The notes below the pieces were generated by a model. The model ran no database searches. It had not been told where the DNA came from and saw only the letters and a list, made by a program, of their open reading frames with translations. A program made the translations under genes and the position numbers. A stretch of DNA of 64,000 nt from Candidatus Dojkabacteria bacterium. Lineage in GTDB: Bacteria > Patescibacteriota > Dojkabacteria > JAHIVN01. Positions 38,701 through 48,583 of this stretch are shown one piece after another (position 1 is the stretch's first letter; each line of letters opens with the position of its first letter). The stretch lies in the NCBI GenBank assembly GCA_016932045.1, contig JAFGDO010000032.1, positions 127,612-191,611 of the forward strand, read 5' to 3'.

Positions 38701-38746
38701 CCTTTTGTTCTTTATTGAGCTTTTTATAGAGCGATTGAAATCTCAT
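35711..38746 (-). CDS. UvrD/PcrA-family SF1 helicase fused to a C-terminal PD-(D/E)XK nuclease
   Basis: IAGPGTGKT, ALTFT, VDEYQD, VGDDEQSIYRFQGA, TAHKAKGLEF, DERRLFYVALTRAK; C-terminal CPYKF, GKVDKIE, IDYKTG, CQNCDFRNHC. Confidence 0.95.
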   Translation of the reverse strand: MRFQSLYKKLNKEQKDAVSTIEGPVMIIAGPGTGKTLTLTMRIANILKKTDTDPQSILALTFTESGVKAMRERLGEIIGPSSYYVNINTFHSFCTDIIKEFSEEFLITEDTTPLSELERIQLFKQIIDTTELDILKPLNVPYFYINSLIKAIQDLKREGISPVELENLIDDERMRVDKSEKKINPRTGKPCVKYIQELKNVQKQEELLKIYRIYQDQMSKIKRFDFEDMINLVVDKLKNDENLKLTLQERFLYILVDEYQDTNSSQNNIIRLLTDHWENPNIFAVGDDEQSIYRFQGASLENVLYFKNLFKNAKVITLTSSYRSSQCILDASRTLIDKNLLKLEGIEKKLKSRAKQFNSPIKIARFSTAESENQFIAMEIKELLNNGSDPDQIAILVRQNKDFEDIQDALARSSIRYEITGGRDILEDGDILRLILLLKVLRDLKEKPGEDIDLFTLLNFDFLNLNKLDVLKLARFASEKRVNLLDAIIDHDIFNEINLENPGKLIQLGEDLNKWQGLSTNKIFVEFFEILLHESGFLNWVLRDKYNISRINTINTFFSKIKELNYMDHTLDLASFLENLELMKENNIKIEEQTFENDSDAVKLLTAHKAKGLEFNHVFITKCIDKKWGNNVTREHIKLPKEILESEDRQKEKNEDERRLFYVALTRAKKQVYITYSEKYQSGGFSREAVPSMFITEIDRQFVKQIATTEFEKALKDKIGEQLKLPSSNKSVLKEEDFLQSIIANMKLSVTALNNYLKCPYKFKLNNILRTPRAKPVYLSFGTAIHKALENYFKEFKKQKKAPQKTLLIQEYAKALKKELLTKEDYSTLLTRGQKVLDEYYKNNMNSFKEPLYNEYSFGFRKVYLNNIPLSGKVDKIEWVDKDRKHVKVIDYKTGSPKSKGEIEGKTKTSDGDLFRQILFYKLLSSLDRNFNYEVVTGEFDFVESKGGRKAKKETYNYSIDEIEDLKDIVRSNMEKIRNLEFERTKEYRHCQNCDFRNHCWPDGIPTRGVS

Positions 38747-38782
38747 AAGTAATCAAGAATTATGACGGCTATCTTTCTTTAT

Positions 38783-39724
38783 CTATTCCAAATAGACCTG
38801 TGTGCCTATCCACTTCTGGTATTCAGAAAAACCAGGGGTTTGGCCCTCTCCGAGTTTTATTGCCTTGTGAAACAAGCGTACCTGACTAGATGCTCGGTCA
38901 ACGTAGTGGACTATAGCGGCTTCGATTGTTGATGGAAGAATAGGTGATCCAAGTGCAAGTTCGCCTTGATGGGATATAATGATGTGTTCAAGCTTCGTCC
39001 ACAGTTCTTCTGGGAAGTCTTTTGGAAGTCTCGACTTAACGAATTCAGCACCTTGCACGACATGTCCGATTAATTTACCGCGTTTTGTCCTAATTAAAGC
39101 TGTTTTTTTTACTTCAAGTTCATATACTTTTCCAATATCATGGAGAATTACTCCGGAAGCAACTAGATCCTTGTTCGCATCTTGATAATATTTAAGTAGT
39201 GCTTTTGATATGTCATTCATTTCAAGCGTATGTTCCATAAGTCCCCCAATGAAATCATGATGTACCTTTTCAGCAGCAGGAGAACGTTTATATCTTTTGA
39301 CAAAAGAGTCGTCCTCAAAGATTCCCTTAAGTAGTTTTTTTAGATGTTTGTTTTGTACATTGTTTATGATTTCTTGGATTTCGGTGAACATCTTACCTAA
39401 ATCTCTGTCGCTTGATTGTAGAAGATCTGTAATATCGTAATCATCTGTCTTTTTGAGATTTTTTATAGTTATCTGGAGTTGTCCCTTGTAAGTACTGACG
39501 TCGGCGCTTATTTCCACTACTTCACCTGCCTCTATATTCCTAAGTTGGCAATTAGCAAAGTCATCCTGCCAGATTTTCGCTGCAATTTCACCAGTTTTGT
39601 CTTGAAGGACCAATCTATAATACGGTGCTTGAGTTCGTGTTTTATGCTGCTGGATTTCTTCGATCGAAAAAACCTGCTCTGTGATAAAATCTCCATCCTT
39701 AAGATCACTTACAAATATTTTCAT
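38783..39724 (-). CDS. yhaM: YhaM/Cbf1-family 3'-5' exoribonuclease (OB fold + HD domain)
   Basis: LQDKTGEIAAKIW, PAAEKVHHDFIGGLMEHTLE, LHDIGK, LIGH, HIIISHQG, EAAIVHYVD. Confidence 0.88.
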   Translation of the reverse strand: MKIFVSDLKDGDFITEQVFSIEEIQQHKTRTQAPYYRLVLQDKTGEIAAKIWQDDFANCQLRNIEAGEVVEISADVSTYKGQLQITIKNLKKTDDYDITDLLQSSDRDLGKMFTEIQEIINNVQNKHLKKLLKGIFEDDSFVKRYKRSPAAEKVHHDFIGGLMEHTLEMNDISKALLKYYQDANKDLVASGVILHDIGKVYELEVKKTALIRTKRGKLIGHVVQGAEFVKSRLPKDFPEELWTKLEHIIISHQGELALGSPILPSTIEAAIVHYVDRASSQVRLFHKAIKLGEGQTPGFSEYQKWIGTQVYLE

Positions 39725-39953
39725 TCAAGGCATTCTAATATATAAAATTCCAGTTAATTCCTATATCCCTTAGCGTTCTTAATGGGGGTTTTGATTATCC
39801 AACCATCTATCCATCTACATGACTACTTTCATTTTCTCAAAAATTTGTGCTAATTAAAAGTACAGGCTATGATAATTCTTTTCATTAAATTCTTTTCTTA
39901 CTTCATGTATAATAATTGTGTAGATTGTACCTTATTTCTTAATAATTTACGAA

Positions 39954-40259
39954 ATGGCTGATGCAAAAAAACTGAAGATTAATGTTTCTCCGGATAAAAT
40001 TGAAGCAAAATATAGTGATTTTGCTATTATTGCCAAAAGCGCGCTTGGTTTTAATTTCGACTTTGCCCAAAGAATTCCCGGAGGAAATCAAGTAAATATT
40101 GTTTCGAGAATCGGGATGAGTCCTCAGCATGCAAAACTTTTTTTTAAAGTACTTGAAAGAAATTTAGAGCAGTACGAAAAACAGTATGGTGAGATAAAAG
40201 TGCCCGAAGGAGTGAAAAGATCAAAAGAAGATAACAGTATTATTCATTTTGTGAAGTGA
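39954..40259 (+). CDS. DUF3467-like protein
   Basis: YSDFA, FNFDF, SRIGMSPQHAK, YEKQYGEI. Confidence 0.85.
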   Translation: MADAKKLKINVSPDKIEAKYSDFAIIAKSALGFNFDFAQRIPGGNQVNIVSRIGMSPQHAKLFFKVLERNLEQYEKQYGEIKVPEGVKRSKEDNSIIHFVK

Positions 40260-40377
40260 CACTTTAGGGAGAAATTTTAAGGTGGGGAAGATCTGATTTC
40301 TAATGGTAGCCAGTTGATTTATAACTTTAAGTGTGGGATACTAAATATAATAATAATTAGTTAATAGCATAAAAAAT

Positions 40378-40725
40378 ATGGAATTTGGAGATTTACCAAA
40401 ATTGATTCTTGCAGTAGCTGTCTCTCTAAGCTGTGTTGGTATAAGCTACCAAATTATGCGCCTTTTAGGTGCCATAACAGAGAACATGCAAGACCTTAGG
40501 AAAACGATTAAAAATCTAGGTATACTTGTTGAGGGTTTGGTCGAGGACCAGAAATTACTAAGTGAAGGTCTTAGGGGAGTGCTTGAAATTATTGAAAAGG
40601 TAAGAGCTATGTCAAATATGGTTTATGAGAAGGTCATGAAACCAATTACTGTAATTTTCGGATTTCTCACAACTGTAGGTAACTTTGTAGAGGGGGTGAA
40701 GGGGAAGTATTTTAAAAATAGATAG
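40378..40725 (+). CDS. Hypothetical membrane protein (DUF948/YoxC-like)
   Basis: N-terminal TM helix then coiled coil; adjacent to a YtxH-like gene. Confidence 0.65.
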   Translation: MEFGDLPKLILAVAVSLSCVGISYQIMRLLGAITENMQDLRKTIKNLGILVEGLVEDQKLLSEGLRGVLEIIEKVRAMSNMVYEKVMKPITVIFGFLTTVGNFVEGVKGKYFKNR

Positions 40726-40795
40726 TAGGTTGTGGGGAATTAAAATCGAGATACATTCGTTAATTTTACCTAATTTAAATTTTAGTGTTTCAAAA

Positions 40796-41077
40796 ATGAG
40801 AAGAGATAATAATTCATTACTTTTTATTTCAGGTGTAATACTTGGAGCAGTTGTAGGCGGTGCTATGGGGGTTCTTTTTGCTCCGGCATCGGGTGAGGAA
40901 ACAAGAGACAAAATTGCCAAGAAAAGTAAGAAAGTGATGAAGGAGGTAAAAAAAGGCGCACAAGAGTTGGGTGAAAAAATTGAGCCGGCTCTGGAAAACG
41001 TCAAAAAGGAATTTGCAGAAAGAGTAGAGGAGATGAAAGCTGGATTTGAAAAAGGAGCGAAGGCAGTAAAAAAGTAA
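40796..41077 (+). CDS. YtxH-domain protein
   Basis: GVILGAVVGGAMGVLFAPASGEETR; probable start ATG 40796. Confidence 0.9.
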   Translation: MRRDNNSLLFISGVILGAVVGGAMGVLFAPASGEETRDKIAKKSKKVMKEVKKGAQELGEKIEPALENVKKEFAERVEEMKAGFEKGAKAVKK

Positions 41078-41123
41078 TTAAAAAGATTCGGATTTTTCGA
41101 GTTTATCTTTGATTAGATTTAGA

Positions 41124-41453
41124 ATGGCTATAGAGTTAACAAGTCAAAATTTTAAGGAAGAGGTTCTCGATTTTGATGGTGTAGTTGTTATTGATTTCTG
41201 GGCTGACTGGTGTGGCCCGTGCAAGATGTTATCTCCGGTGATTGAAGAAGTTTCTAGTGAATTTGCTGATAATGAAAAAGTTAAAGTGTGTAAGGTAAAT
41301 GTTGATGAGAATAGTGACCTTGCTCAGGAATACGGCATCATGAGTATACCGGCACTAAAGTTTTTCAGGGGAGGAGAGATTGTTCACGAACTTGTCGGCC
41401 TTCAACCTCGAGATGCTATTATCGAAAGTTTGAATAAACTTATAGCAAATTGA
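41124..41453 (+). CDS. trxA: Thioredoxin
   Basis: DFWADWCGPCK, KVNVDEN, IMSIP. Confidence 0.96.
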   Translation: MAIELTSQNFKEEVLDFDGVVVIDFWADWCGPCKMLSPVIEEVSSEFADNEKVKVCKVNVDENSDLAQEYGIMSIPALKFFRGGEIVHELVGLQPRDAIIESLNKLIAN

Positions 41454-41479
41454 CATTTAGTACTATAATTTAGTATCAT
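41450..41479 (+). promoter_or_regulatory. Putative sigma70 promoter of rpsO
   Basis: TTGACA (41450)-18 nt-TATCAT (41474). Confidence 0.55.
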
Positions 41480-41506
41480 TTCAGCCACGTTTTTAAGTTA
41501 TATAAA

Positions 41507-41773
41507 ATGGCATTAACAACAGACGAAAAAAAGAAGATATTGGGGAAGTATCAATTGCACAAAAAAGATACCGGTTCTCCGCAAGTACAGATAGCTCTAC
41601 TTTCTACAAGGATAGAGGAATTGCGGGAGCACCTTAAGATTCATAAAAAAGACTTTCATTCAAGAAGAGGGCTTTTGAATCTTGTTGGCCAGAGAAGACG
41701 GCTTATGAAATACCTAGAAAAAACAGATCCCAAATCGCTAGCCGAATTAAAGAAAGATCTTAAGCTAGATTAG
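41507..41773 (+). CDS. rpsO: 30S ribosomal protein S15
   Basis: [33 protein letters not shown]. Confidence 0.98.
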   Translation: MALTTDEKKKILGKYQLHKKDTGSPQVQIALLSTRIEELREHLKIHKKDFHSRRGLLNLVGQRRRLMKYLEKTDPKSLAELKKDLKLD

Positions 41774-41807
41774 AGATCTGTGCATAGATACTATAACTAA
41801 TCGAAAC

Positions 41808-41832
41808 AAAGGGGCGCGCAGGCCCTTTTTTT
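41808..41832 (+). terminator. Intrinsic terminator after rpsO
   Basis: AAAGGGGC-GCGCAG-GCCCTTTTTTT. Confidence 0.75.
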
Positions 41833-41926
41833 ATGGCATTGGATACTTGTAAGTGAAAGCATAAGACTTTATTTGGCTGATATAAGGTATAATGATCCAA
41901 TGATTTCAGATTAACATTGAAATAGG

Positions 41927-43039
41927 GTGGCTAATAGATTTAAAATTTTCAGAAGAAAATTAAAGTCAACGGGAAGTAGGGTGGCATTATCATTTAAAAG
42001 GGATGGGACGAACAAGAAGCTTAGGCGTAGAAAATTCAGGGTTGTTTTGAAAGTACTAAGCGGCGAGCTTTTTAAAAATAAATTTTTTAGAGTTTCTATA
42101 ATTGTCGTAATAAGCTGCCTTTTGATCATACTAGGTAGATTTTTCCTCTTCGGTCCAGAGTTTGAAATAAACGAAATCCAAATTCATGGATGCAACTCTC
42201 TTGATGCATATTCTATCGAAGAGAAACTTTCATACTTGAAGGGTAAAAATATCTTTTTTGTGAGGGCCTCAAGAGTCGGTGATGAAGTTTTAAATATCTC
42301 ACCATATATTATGACAGCAAAGGCTGAGAAACATTTACCTGGAACTATAATTGTTAACATCGAGGAGCGTCGTCCGAGTTTCCTTTGGATAAATTTAAAT
42401 GGGGCGTATTTAGTTGATAATGAGGGTTTTATTCTTGAAGTTATAGTAAACTATAACAACTTTGAAATCTCTGAGGAAGATCTGGATCTTCTTCGAGGAT
42501 ATGGTAATTTAAAGGAGATTGAGGAAAGTAGAGTAAAGGAGGAAAACAGTGCGGTTGAGGATACTGACGCACAAGTTGAAGAATCAGCAGACGAAATTGC
42601 GGAAGAGCTGACTTTGGAGGAAAAATATGTAATCATAGAGGGGAACCGGCAGGAAGTAATCTCTAGGGTCGATAGTTTCTGGGAAGAAAAAATTGTTGGC
42701 ATTCCAGAAGTATATATGAAGTATCCGTTTGTCTTTAGCTACGAACAACGTGAGATAAGTATCCGGGAAGAGATAAGCGAAGAGATAGTTTCTTCTACAA
42801 AGGTTGGAATAGGTATAGATTCTTTAGGCGAAGATGTAGTAAGATATATTTGGGAAAGCAATTATCGTTTCGTAATTTACCTTGCTAGGAGAAGAAAGAT
42901 AGTTTTTACAACGAGAAGGAATTTTGATGAACAGGTGAATGATCTGGATGTATTGCTCGATAAATTTAAGAAGGAGAATTTAGAATTCGTGTATATAGAC
43001 TTAAGTGGTGATATAATTGTTTATGAACTTGAGGAATAA
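41927..43039 (+). CDS. FtsQ/DivIB-like POTRA-domain protein
   Basis: Basic cytoplasmic N-terminus, one TM, POTRA pattern (FEINEIQIHG...GKNIF...KHLPGTIIVNIEERRP), C-terminal YIDLS; upstream of ftsA-ftsZ. Confidence 0.8.
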   Translation: MANRFKIFRRKLKSTGSRVALSFKRDGTNKKLRRRKFRVVLKVLSGELFKNKFFRVSIIVVISCLLIILGRFFLFGPEFEINEIQIHGCNSLDAYSIEEKLSYLKGKNIFFVRASRVGDEVLNISPYIMTAKAEKHLPGTIIVNIEERRPSFLWINLNGAYLVDNEGFILEVIVNYNNFEISEEDLDLLRGYGNLKEIEESRVKEENSAVEDTDAQVEESADEIAEELTLEEKYVIIEGNRQEVISRVDSFWEEKIVGIPEVYMKYPFVFSYEQREISIREEISEEIVSSTKVGIGIDSLGEDVVRYIWESNYRFVIYLARRRKIVFTTRRNFDEQVNDLDVLLDKFKKENLEFVYIDLSGDIIVYELEE

Positions 43040-43199
43040 TTTTGAAAGGTGATTTTTTAAATGTTAAAAAAGTTTACACAATTTTGAGTGTTAGTACTTG
43101 ACAAAAAGCTCTAAGTGAGAAAAAATATATCAATGGTTCGGGAATTTCAATAATAGGATTAGTTGACAAGAGGGAGATGTAAATTGGAATTCTTCGATT

Positions 43200-43220
43200 T
43201 GACTGAGTCTGTCAAAGTCA
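43200..43220 (+). repeat. REP-like palindrome
   Basis: TGACTGAGTCTGTCAAAGTCA. Confidence 0.65.
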
Positions 43221-43373
43221 CCATACAATTAAGCTAACTTCCGTAAGTAATCGCAAGATATGTTAGCTAGATTTTATCCCATAGAAATAGTTCTATGGGC
43301 GATGTCAAATAAACACAATGTTCTTAGTTATTGATTTATAAGTGTGAAGTTATAATTTACTAAGAGGAACGTC

Positions 43374-44663
43374 ATGGCAAAGAGAATAATTAGTGCTTTA
43401 GATGTAGGATCTGCAAAGGTGTGTGCAGTGATAGCTTCTGTTGAGGAAGACGGTGTGCCGCAAGTGATAGGAGTTGCAAGTCAACCCAGTGCTGGAATTA
43501 AAAAGGGAGTTGTTGTAAATATTGATGATTCAATAAATACAATTGCCTCTACTCTCGAGGCTGCAGAAAGGATGGCGGGCATTACTGTTCCATCTGTATA
43601 TCTTTCTGTATCAGGAAAGCATATTACAAGTACAAATAATAAGGGTGTGGTAGCAGTTTCGACCGAAGAGATTATTCCCGATGATGTGTTCAGAGCTATT
43701 GAAAGTGCTAGGACTGTGTCAATTCCAGCCGGAAGGGAGATACTTCATGTTATACCAAGGGAATTTATTGTTGATTCTCAGGGGTGCGTTAAGGATCCAA
43801 TAGGCATGACGGGTACAAGGCTTGAAGTGGATGCGCATATTGTATCAGCTACATCTACGGTGTTGCATAATCTGTTAAAATGTGTTCAGCAGTTGGGATT
43901 AAAGGTTGACGATGTTGTTTTCAGTGGATGGTCGTCTTCTACAGCGGTCTTGACTGATACAGAGAAAGAACTTGGTGTTATGTTACTCGATATTGGTGGG
44001 GGAGTCACTTCTATTTCGACTTTTGTTGAGGATGCTATTACATATAGCGGATGTGTCCCATTTGGAGGACTGAATGTTACAAGTGATCTTGCTATCGGAC
44101 TTAGGGTTAGTTTAGACGATGCCGAAAGGATAAAAACAAATATTGCGGATATTATAAGGAGCCAAGGTGGTAAAAGGCAGGTTGACATAGGAGGCAAAAA
44201 GAAGGGAGAGAAAGGAAAGAAAAGAGCTAAGGTTGTTGATGTCTCATCTCTTGGCATAGAAGGGACCGATGAGGTTGATAAAGAACTATTTGATGAAATT
44301 ATTGAAGCAAGATTGAGTGAGATTTTCGACCTAGTCACAGCACAAATTGCACAGTCCGGCACAGATACAACGATGCCAGCTGGTGTAGTTGTAACTGGAG
44401 GGAGTGCTTTACTGCCGAATGTTACAAAGATTGCGAAAAAAATATTTAAAGTTCCTGCTCGAGTGGGATATCCAAAAGGCTTGGAGGGACTCGTAGATGA
44501 GATATCAAGTCCTGCATTCTCGACTATACAAGGTTTAATTTTGTATGGATCGAAAAGCAATGGGGAAGGTAGGATGAATGAGGGGGTGACTATGACGGGT
44601 GGAGGAGGTGTTGGGAACATTTTATCAAAAGTTGGGGGATGGTTTAAGAATTTGATACCTTAG
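43374..44663 (+). CDS. ftsA: Cell division protein FtsA
   Basis: ALDVGSAKV, GIKKGVVVNI, DPIGMTGTRLEV, EKELGVMLLDIGGG, VTSDLA, IIEARLSEI, GVVVTGG. Confidence 0.97.
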   Translation: MAKRIISALDVGSAKVCAVIASVEEDGVPQVIGVASQPSAGIKKGVVVNIDDSINTIASTLEAAERMAGITVPSVYLSVSGKHITSTNNKGVVAVSTEEIIPDDVFRAIESARTVSIPAGREILHVIPREFIVDSQGCVKDPIGMTGTRLEVDAHIVSATSTVLHNLLKCVQQLGLKVDDVVFSGWSSSTAVLTDTEKELGVMLLDIGGGVTSISTFVEDAITYSGCVPFGGLNVTSDLAIGLRVSLDDAERIKTNIADIIRSQGGKRQVDIGGKKKGEKGKKRAKVVDVSSLGIEGTDEVDKELFDEIIEARLSEIFDLVTAQIAQSGTDTTMPAGVVVTGGSALLPNVTKIAKKIFKVPARVGYPKGLEGLVDEISSPAFSTIQGLILYGSKSNGEGRMNEGVTMTGGGGVGNILSKVGGWFKNLIP

Positions 44664-44754
44664 AGCTCTTTTATTGCACTATATTAAGAAAAACTTAAAT
44701 TTTTTGTACTGTCCTGCTGTAAAGGCGTATAAGCTTACTTAAGAGATTATACTT

Positions 44755-45894
44755 ATGTTAATAAAACCACAATCATCATCACTGGCAAGAATAAAAGTAA
44801 TAGGTATTGGAGGAGGAGGGTGCAATGCTCTGAACAATATGATCAATAATTATAATATTGATGGTGTTGAGTTTGTAGCAGTAAACACCGATGCTGCAGC
44901 TTTGGCTGCGAATCAAGCAGAACTAAAGCTTAGAATAGGGGAGGATCTTACACGTGGATTAGGAAGTGGTGGGGATCCTGTTATTGGAAGAAAGGCAGCA
45001 GAAGAAAGTATTGATTTGATTCACGAGAATTTAGCGGGAGCTGATATGGTATTTTTAACAGCAGGTATGGGCGGGGGAACAGGAACTGGGGCATCGCCCG
45101 TTATTGCTGGCATTGCAAGGAATCTCGGTGCTTTGACAATAGCTATAGTCACAAAGCCGTTTTTGTTTGAAGGGACTAGGAGGACGAAAACTGCTGTTCA
45201 GGGTGTAGATGATCTAAAGGATAAGGTCGACACTTTAATAGTAATTCCAAATCAAAGAATTCTTGAGATAATTGACAAAAACGTTTCATTTCTTGAAGCT
45301 ATGAAGAAGGTTGACGATGTGCTCGGAAATGCAGTTAGGAGTATATCGAATCTTATAACTCAGACAGGGCTTATAAATGTTGACTTTGCTGATGTAAAGT
45401 CGGTGATGGCAGGAGCTGGTACATCACTTATGGGTATTGGAAGTGCTACTGGAGAAGATAGAGCACAAGAGGCAGCAAGACAAGCTATTGCTAGCCCTCT
45501 TCTTGAACTCAATATAGATGGAGCGACTGGAGTACTGTTTAATGTGATCGGAGGAAAGAGTTTGTCCATGTATGAGGTTGACGAGGCAGCTCAGGTTATC
45601 TCCAATGCTGCCGAGGCTGATGCAAATATTATTTTTGGTGCGACGATTGATCCCGATTTAGATGAGGAAATACAGATAACTGTTTTGGCAACAGGTTTCG
45701 ATCATGGCGTAACTGGTGTAAGTAGACCGATGAGTGGAGTTGTTACAGACCAGCAGACTCCTACACAAGCGACTTCAAGGCCGTCTTCAACATCTACTTC
45801 TAAAACAGATGATAAGAAGAAAAGCAAAGGTGGGGACGAAGGTGAGGAAGGTTGGCTCGAGACACCTGCTTTTCTGAGACGAAAACAGGAGTAA
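44755..45894 (+). CDS. ftsZ: Cell division protein FtsZ
   Basis: [35 protein letters not shown]-terminal LETPAFLRR. Confidence 0.99.
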   Translation: MLIKPQSSSLARIKVIGIGGGGCNALNNMINNYNIDGVEFVAVNTDAAALAANQAELKLRIGEDLTRGLGSGGDPVIGRKAAEESIDLIHENLAGADMVFLTAGMGGGTGTGASPVIAGIARNLGALTIAIVTKPFLFEGTRRTKTAVQGVDDLKDKVDTLIVIPNQRILEIIDKNVSFLEAMKKVDDVLGNAVRSISNLITQTGLINVDFADVKSVMAGAGTSLMGIGSATGEDRAQEAARQAIASPLLELNIDGATGVLFNVIGGKSLSMYEVDEAAQVISNAAEADANIIFGATIDPDLDEEIQITVLATGFDHGVTGVSRPMSGVVTDQQTPTQATSRPSSTSTSKTDDKKKSKGGDEGEEGWLETPAFLRRKQE

Positions 45895-45933
45895 TTTCAA
45901 AAAACGCATAGGTGTTTGGATTATTTAGATACT

Positions 45934-46764
45934 TTACTGCTGAACAGCAGTTACTACAAGCCTTTTACTACTCAAGCCTGGGGGCGAACAGGTCATAAGC
46001 GTAAGTGTTTTTGTGCCATTAGAGCTTAATATATCAACATCCTCAGGATTTACTTCCTTTATTTTCTTAACAGTATAAGTATATTCCTGTTCCTGGAACT
46101 TAATTGTGATTTCGTCTCCGATATTCAGCTTAAAAAGCCTCGTAAAAGCGGTTACAACATCTTGAGGGTTTTTCTCAGCATAATCTCCTGCAGCACTATG
46201 TCCATAAATTAAAACATTGCAGTCCTGGCCGGGTAAGCATGTGCCTTTAAAATGAGCTAGTCCCTTGCCCAAGGCATCTTTGTAAGTTTCTTCGTTTGAG
46301 CTATCGACGTTTGAAGTAACAGGAGCATCATAGATTTTTATCTTTTTTATGGTAAGATAGAAAGTTCCTTTATAATCAATAGTTTGAGGACTTGGTTTCT
46401 TTTCTGTTATAAGCTTAGAAAAGTATTCGGAACCAGGATCCGAGATGTACTGTGCCCTCATTTTCTCATAGCTTTCCGGTACAAGGGGTATAACTTCTTG
46501 GTTTAGATTATCGGTGAGTTTGGTCTGTATGAGATGCACTGCAAATGGTTTTGCCTGACCATAAAGAATACTCAAGCCGCTGAATATAAATAAAAATGGT
46601 AGGATTAAAGCTACGGGCTTTATAGAAGAAATCTTTTGTGAAACCCGATAGGATACCTTGTCCAATACTGAAGCTATTGTTATACCTTTGATTGGCTTTT
46701 TCTTGACCTTTTTTTCAACCAGTTTGTTTTTAGGAGGTGCCTTTTTATAATAATAGAGTGTCAT
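45934..46764 (-). CDS. Sortase
   Basis: N-terminal TM, GLAHF, NVLIYGHS, TLTLMTC, KRLVVTA (His-Cys-Arg triad). Confidence 0.93.
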   Translation of the reverse strand: MTLYYYKKAPPKNKLVEKKVKKKPIKGITIASVLDKVSYRVSQKISSIKPVALILPFLFIFSGLSILYGQAKPFAVHLIQTKLTDNLNQEVIPLVPESYEKMRAQYISDPGSEYFSKLITEKKPSPQTIDYKGTFYLTIKKIKIYDAPVTSNVDSSNEETYKDALGKGLAHFKGTCLPGQDCNVLIYGHSAAGDYAEKNPQDVVTAFTRLFKLNIGDEITIKFQEQEYTYTVKKIKEVNPEDVDILSSNGTKTLTLMTCSPPGLSSKRLVVTAVQQ

Positions 46765-47004
46765 ATTGTGCTCATTTTAAAATATTGGCGTTTAATATGA
46801 TAGCATATTAAATTAGTATTGTTTAGTTTAAGCTACATTTGAAGCAAAAAATCCTGAGGGCTACTCATATTAAGTTTAGCGGTTTACATGTATTTCAAAA
46901 TGAAAACAGAATGACGTCAAAAAGCGCCAGTCATGGATATCGTTTTAAATAGCTATAGTTGTGGATTTTCTCCTGTGGTGCTAAAATGTGGAACAATTTC
47001 AGAC

Positions 47005-48096
47005 ATGAAGATAGGAAAAAAAGATAAACAAAAATTGAAAGAACTAGTTAAAAGGGGGCATATTCAGGGATATCTCACACAGGATGAGGTCCTCGAAATA
47101 TTCCCTGAAATTGAGGAGGATTTGTCCCTACTTGAATACCTAATCATAAAACTTCAAGATGAAGAAATAGAAATTATTGAGCCACTTGACGAAGCTGTGG
47201 AGCCTGTAGAAGCTGAGCGTATGGATTTTGAAAGGAAGATTCAGGTTCTTAAGAAAATTCGTTCTCACATCTCTACCGATCCCATAAGGGCATACCTGCA
47301 TGAGATCGGAAAGATACCCCTTCTGACAGCCGAAGAAGAGGTTATACTTGCCAAAAGGATAGAAAAAGGTGATAAAGAAGCGAAGGACCTACTTACAACG
47401 GCGAATCTCCGATTAGTTGTAAGTATAGCAAAAAAGTATTCGAAGAGGGGGCTGGATCTTTTGGATTTGATACAGGAAGGGAATATCGGTCTAATGCGTG
47501 CCGTAGAAAAGTTTGAATATAAGAAAGGGTTTAAATTTTCCACCTATGCTACTTGGTGGATTCGTCAGGCTATAACTAGAGCCATTGCTGATCAGGCTAG
47601 AACTATAAGAATTCCTGTTCATATGATCGAAACCATAAACAAGTTGAGCAAAGTGATAAATAAACTTTCTGCAAAGCTTGGTAGAAGTCCAGAACCTGAA
47701 GAGATAGCAGAGGAAATGGACATGGAGGTTGACAAGATTCATGAGATTATCAAGATTGCTCAACGTCCATCATCTCTTGATGCTCCAATAGGAGAAGAGC
47801 AGGATAGTAAACTTGGAGATATTATTCCGGACGAGTATGGTGTTGCTCCGGCGGATATTGCTAGCTGGGCATTTCTCAAAAAACAGGTTAATAAGATGCT
47901 TGCCAAACTAACCGACAGGGAGAAGAAGGTGCTAGAGTTGAGATTTGGACTGAAGGACGGAGTCTCGCGTACTTTAGAGGAAGTGGGGCATGAATTCCGG
48001 GTTACAAGAGAAAGGATAAGGCAAATCGAAGCAAAAGCGCTAAAGGCTCTGAAATCTCCTGAGATCAAACAAGCTTTTAAAGATTACCTGAAGTAA
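47005..48096 (+). CDS. rpoD: Primary RNA polymerase sigma factor
   Basis: [81 protein letters not shown]; probable start at 47005. Confidence 0.97.
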   Translation: MKIGKKDKQKLKELVKRGHIQGYLTQDEVLEIFPEIEEDLSLLEYLIIKLQDEEIEIIEPLDEAVEPVEAERMDFERKIQVLKKIRSHISTDPIRAYLHEIGKIPLLTAEEEVILAKRIEKGDKEAKDLLTTANLRLVVSIAKKYSKRGLDLLDLIQEGNIGLMRAVEKFEYKKGFKFSTYATWWIRQAITRAIADQARTIRIPVHMIETINKLSKVINKLSAKLGRSPEPEEIAEEMDMEVDKIHEIIKIAQRPSSLDAPIGEEQDSKLGDIIPDEYGVAPADIASWAFLKKQVNKMLAKLTDREKKVLELRFGLKDGVSRTLEEVGHEFRVTRERIRQIEAKALKALKSPEIKQAFKDYLK

Positions 48097-48146
48097 GATT
48101 CCCCTGGGTATATAATTTGATCAAGTTGAGCAAATCTCTTCACTGT

Positions 48147-48175
48147 TTGACAAAGCCGAGAAATTGCTGTATTGT
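48147..48175 (+). promoter_or_regulatory. Sigma70 promoter driving the riboswitch leader
   Basis: TTGACA (48147-48152)-17 nt-TATTGT (48170-48175). Confidence 0.7.
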
Positions 48176-48191
48176 CAAGCTACAATTTTTT

Positions 48192-48312
48192 ATTTGGGGC
48201 AAGAAGCGATGAACTTGATTGGTTTATCGTGTAGGGTGAGATTCCCTCGCTGTGCCGCAACTGTCCATGAAGTAGAGAAATTTACTTCATGGGAAAGTCA
48301 GAAAACCCAAGT
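48192..48312 (+). ncRNA. Cobalamin (B12) riboswitch aptamer, compact variant
   Basis: TTGGG/CCCAA closing stem, AGGGTGAGATTCCCT T-loop hairpin, GCCGCAACTGT, CCATGAAGTA/TACTTCATGG stem, AAGTCAGAAAACC B12-box; upstream of B12-uptake-type genes. Confidence 0.85.
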
Positions 48313-48396
48313 GAAAATTTTAAACTCTCGAGCAAGGGGTTTTGATTCAATTTAAGTGATCAAAATCAATTAGGAGAATTAAGTTCAGAATTAACG

Positions 48397-48429
48397 ATCC
48401 TCTCGAGAGAGAGGATTTTTGTTTTTTTT
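48397..48429 (+). terminator. Riboswitch expression-platform terminator
   Basis: ATCCTCTC-GAGA-GAGAGGAT followed by TTTTGTTTTTTTT. Confidence 0.8.
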
Positions 48430-48583
48430 AATGACTGAGAAGGTCAGAGTTTTTTGCTTACTAGTTAGGAACTATGGACAGGTTCTATGGATTTTTAATA
48501 TTGTAATGTGCTGTTTTGATCTTGGTTGAATAAATTCCGGCTTTAGTCTGCCCATTTTTATTTTATTTTTTTTATTATTTTAA

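Noticed and set aside
43886-44620. 244-aa antisense ORF inside ftsA (and similar antisense ORFs in dnaN, the CoA ligase, YibE/F, DUF2797, adk)
   Set aside because: Shadow frames of well-supported genes; Ser/Phe/Pro-rich with no motifs.
48164-48355. 63-aa ORF downstream of rpoD
   Set aside because: Coincides with the promoter and cobalamin riboswitch aptamer.
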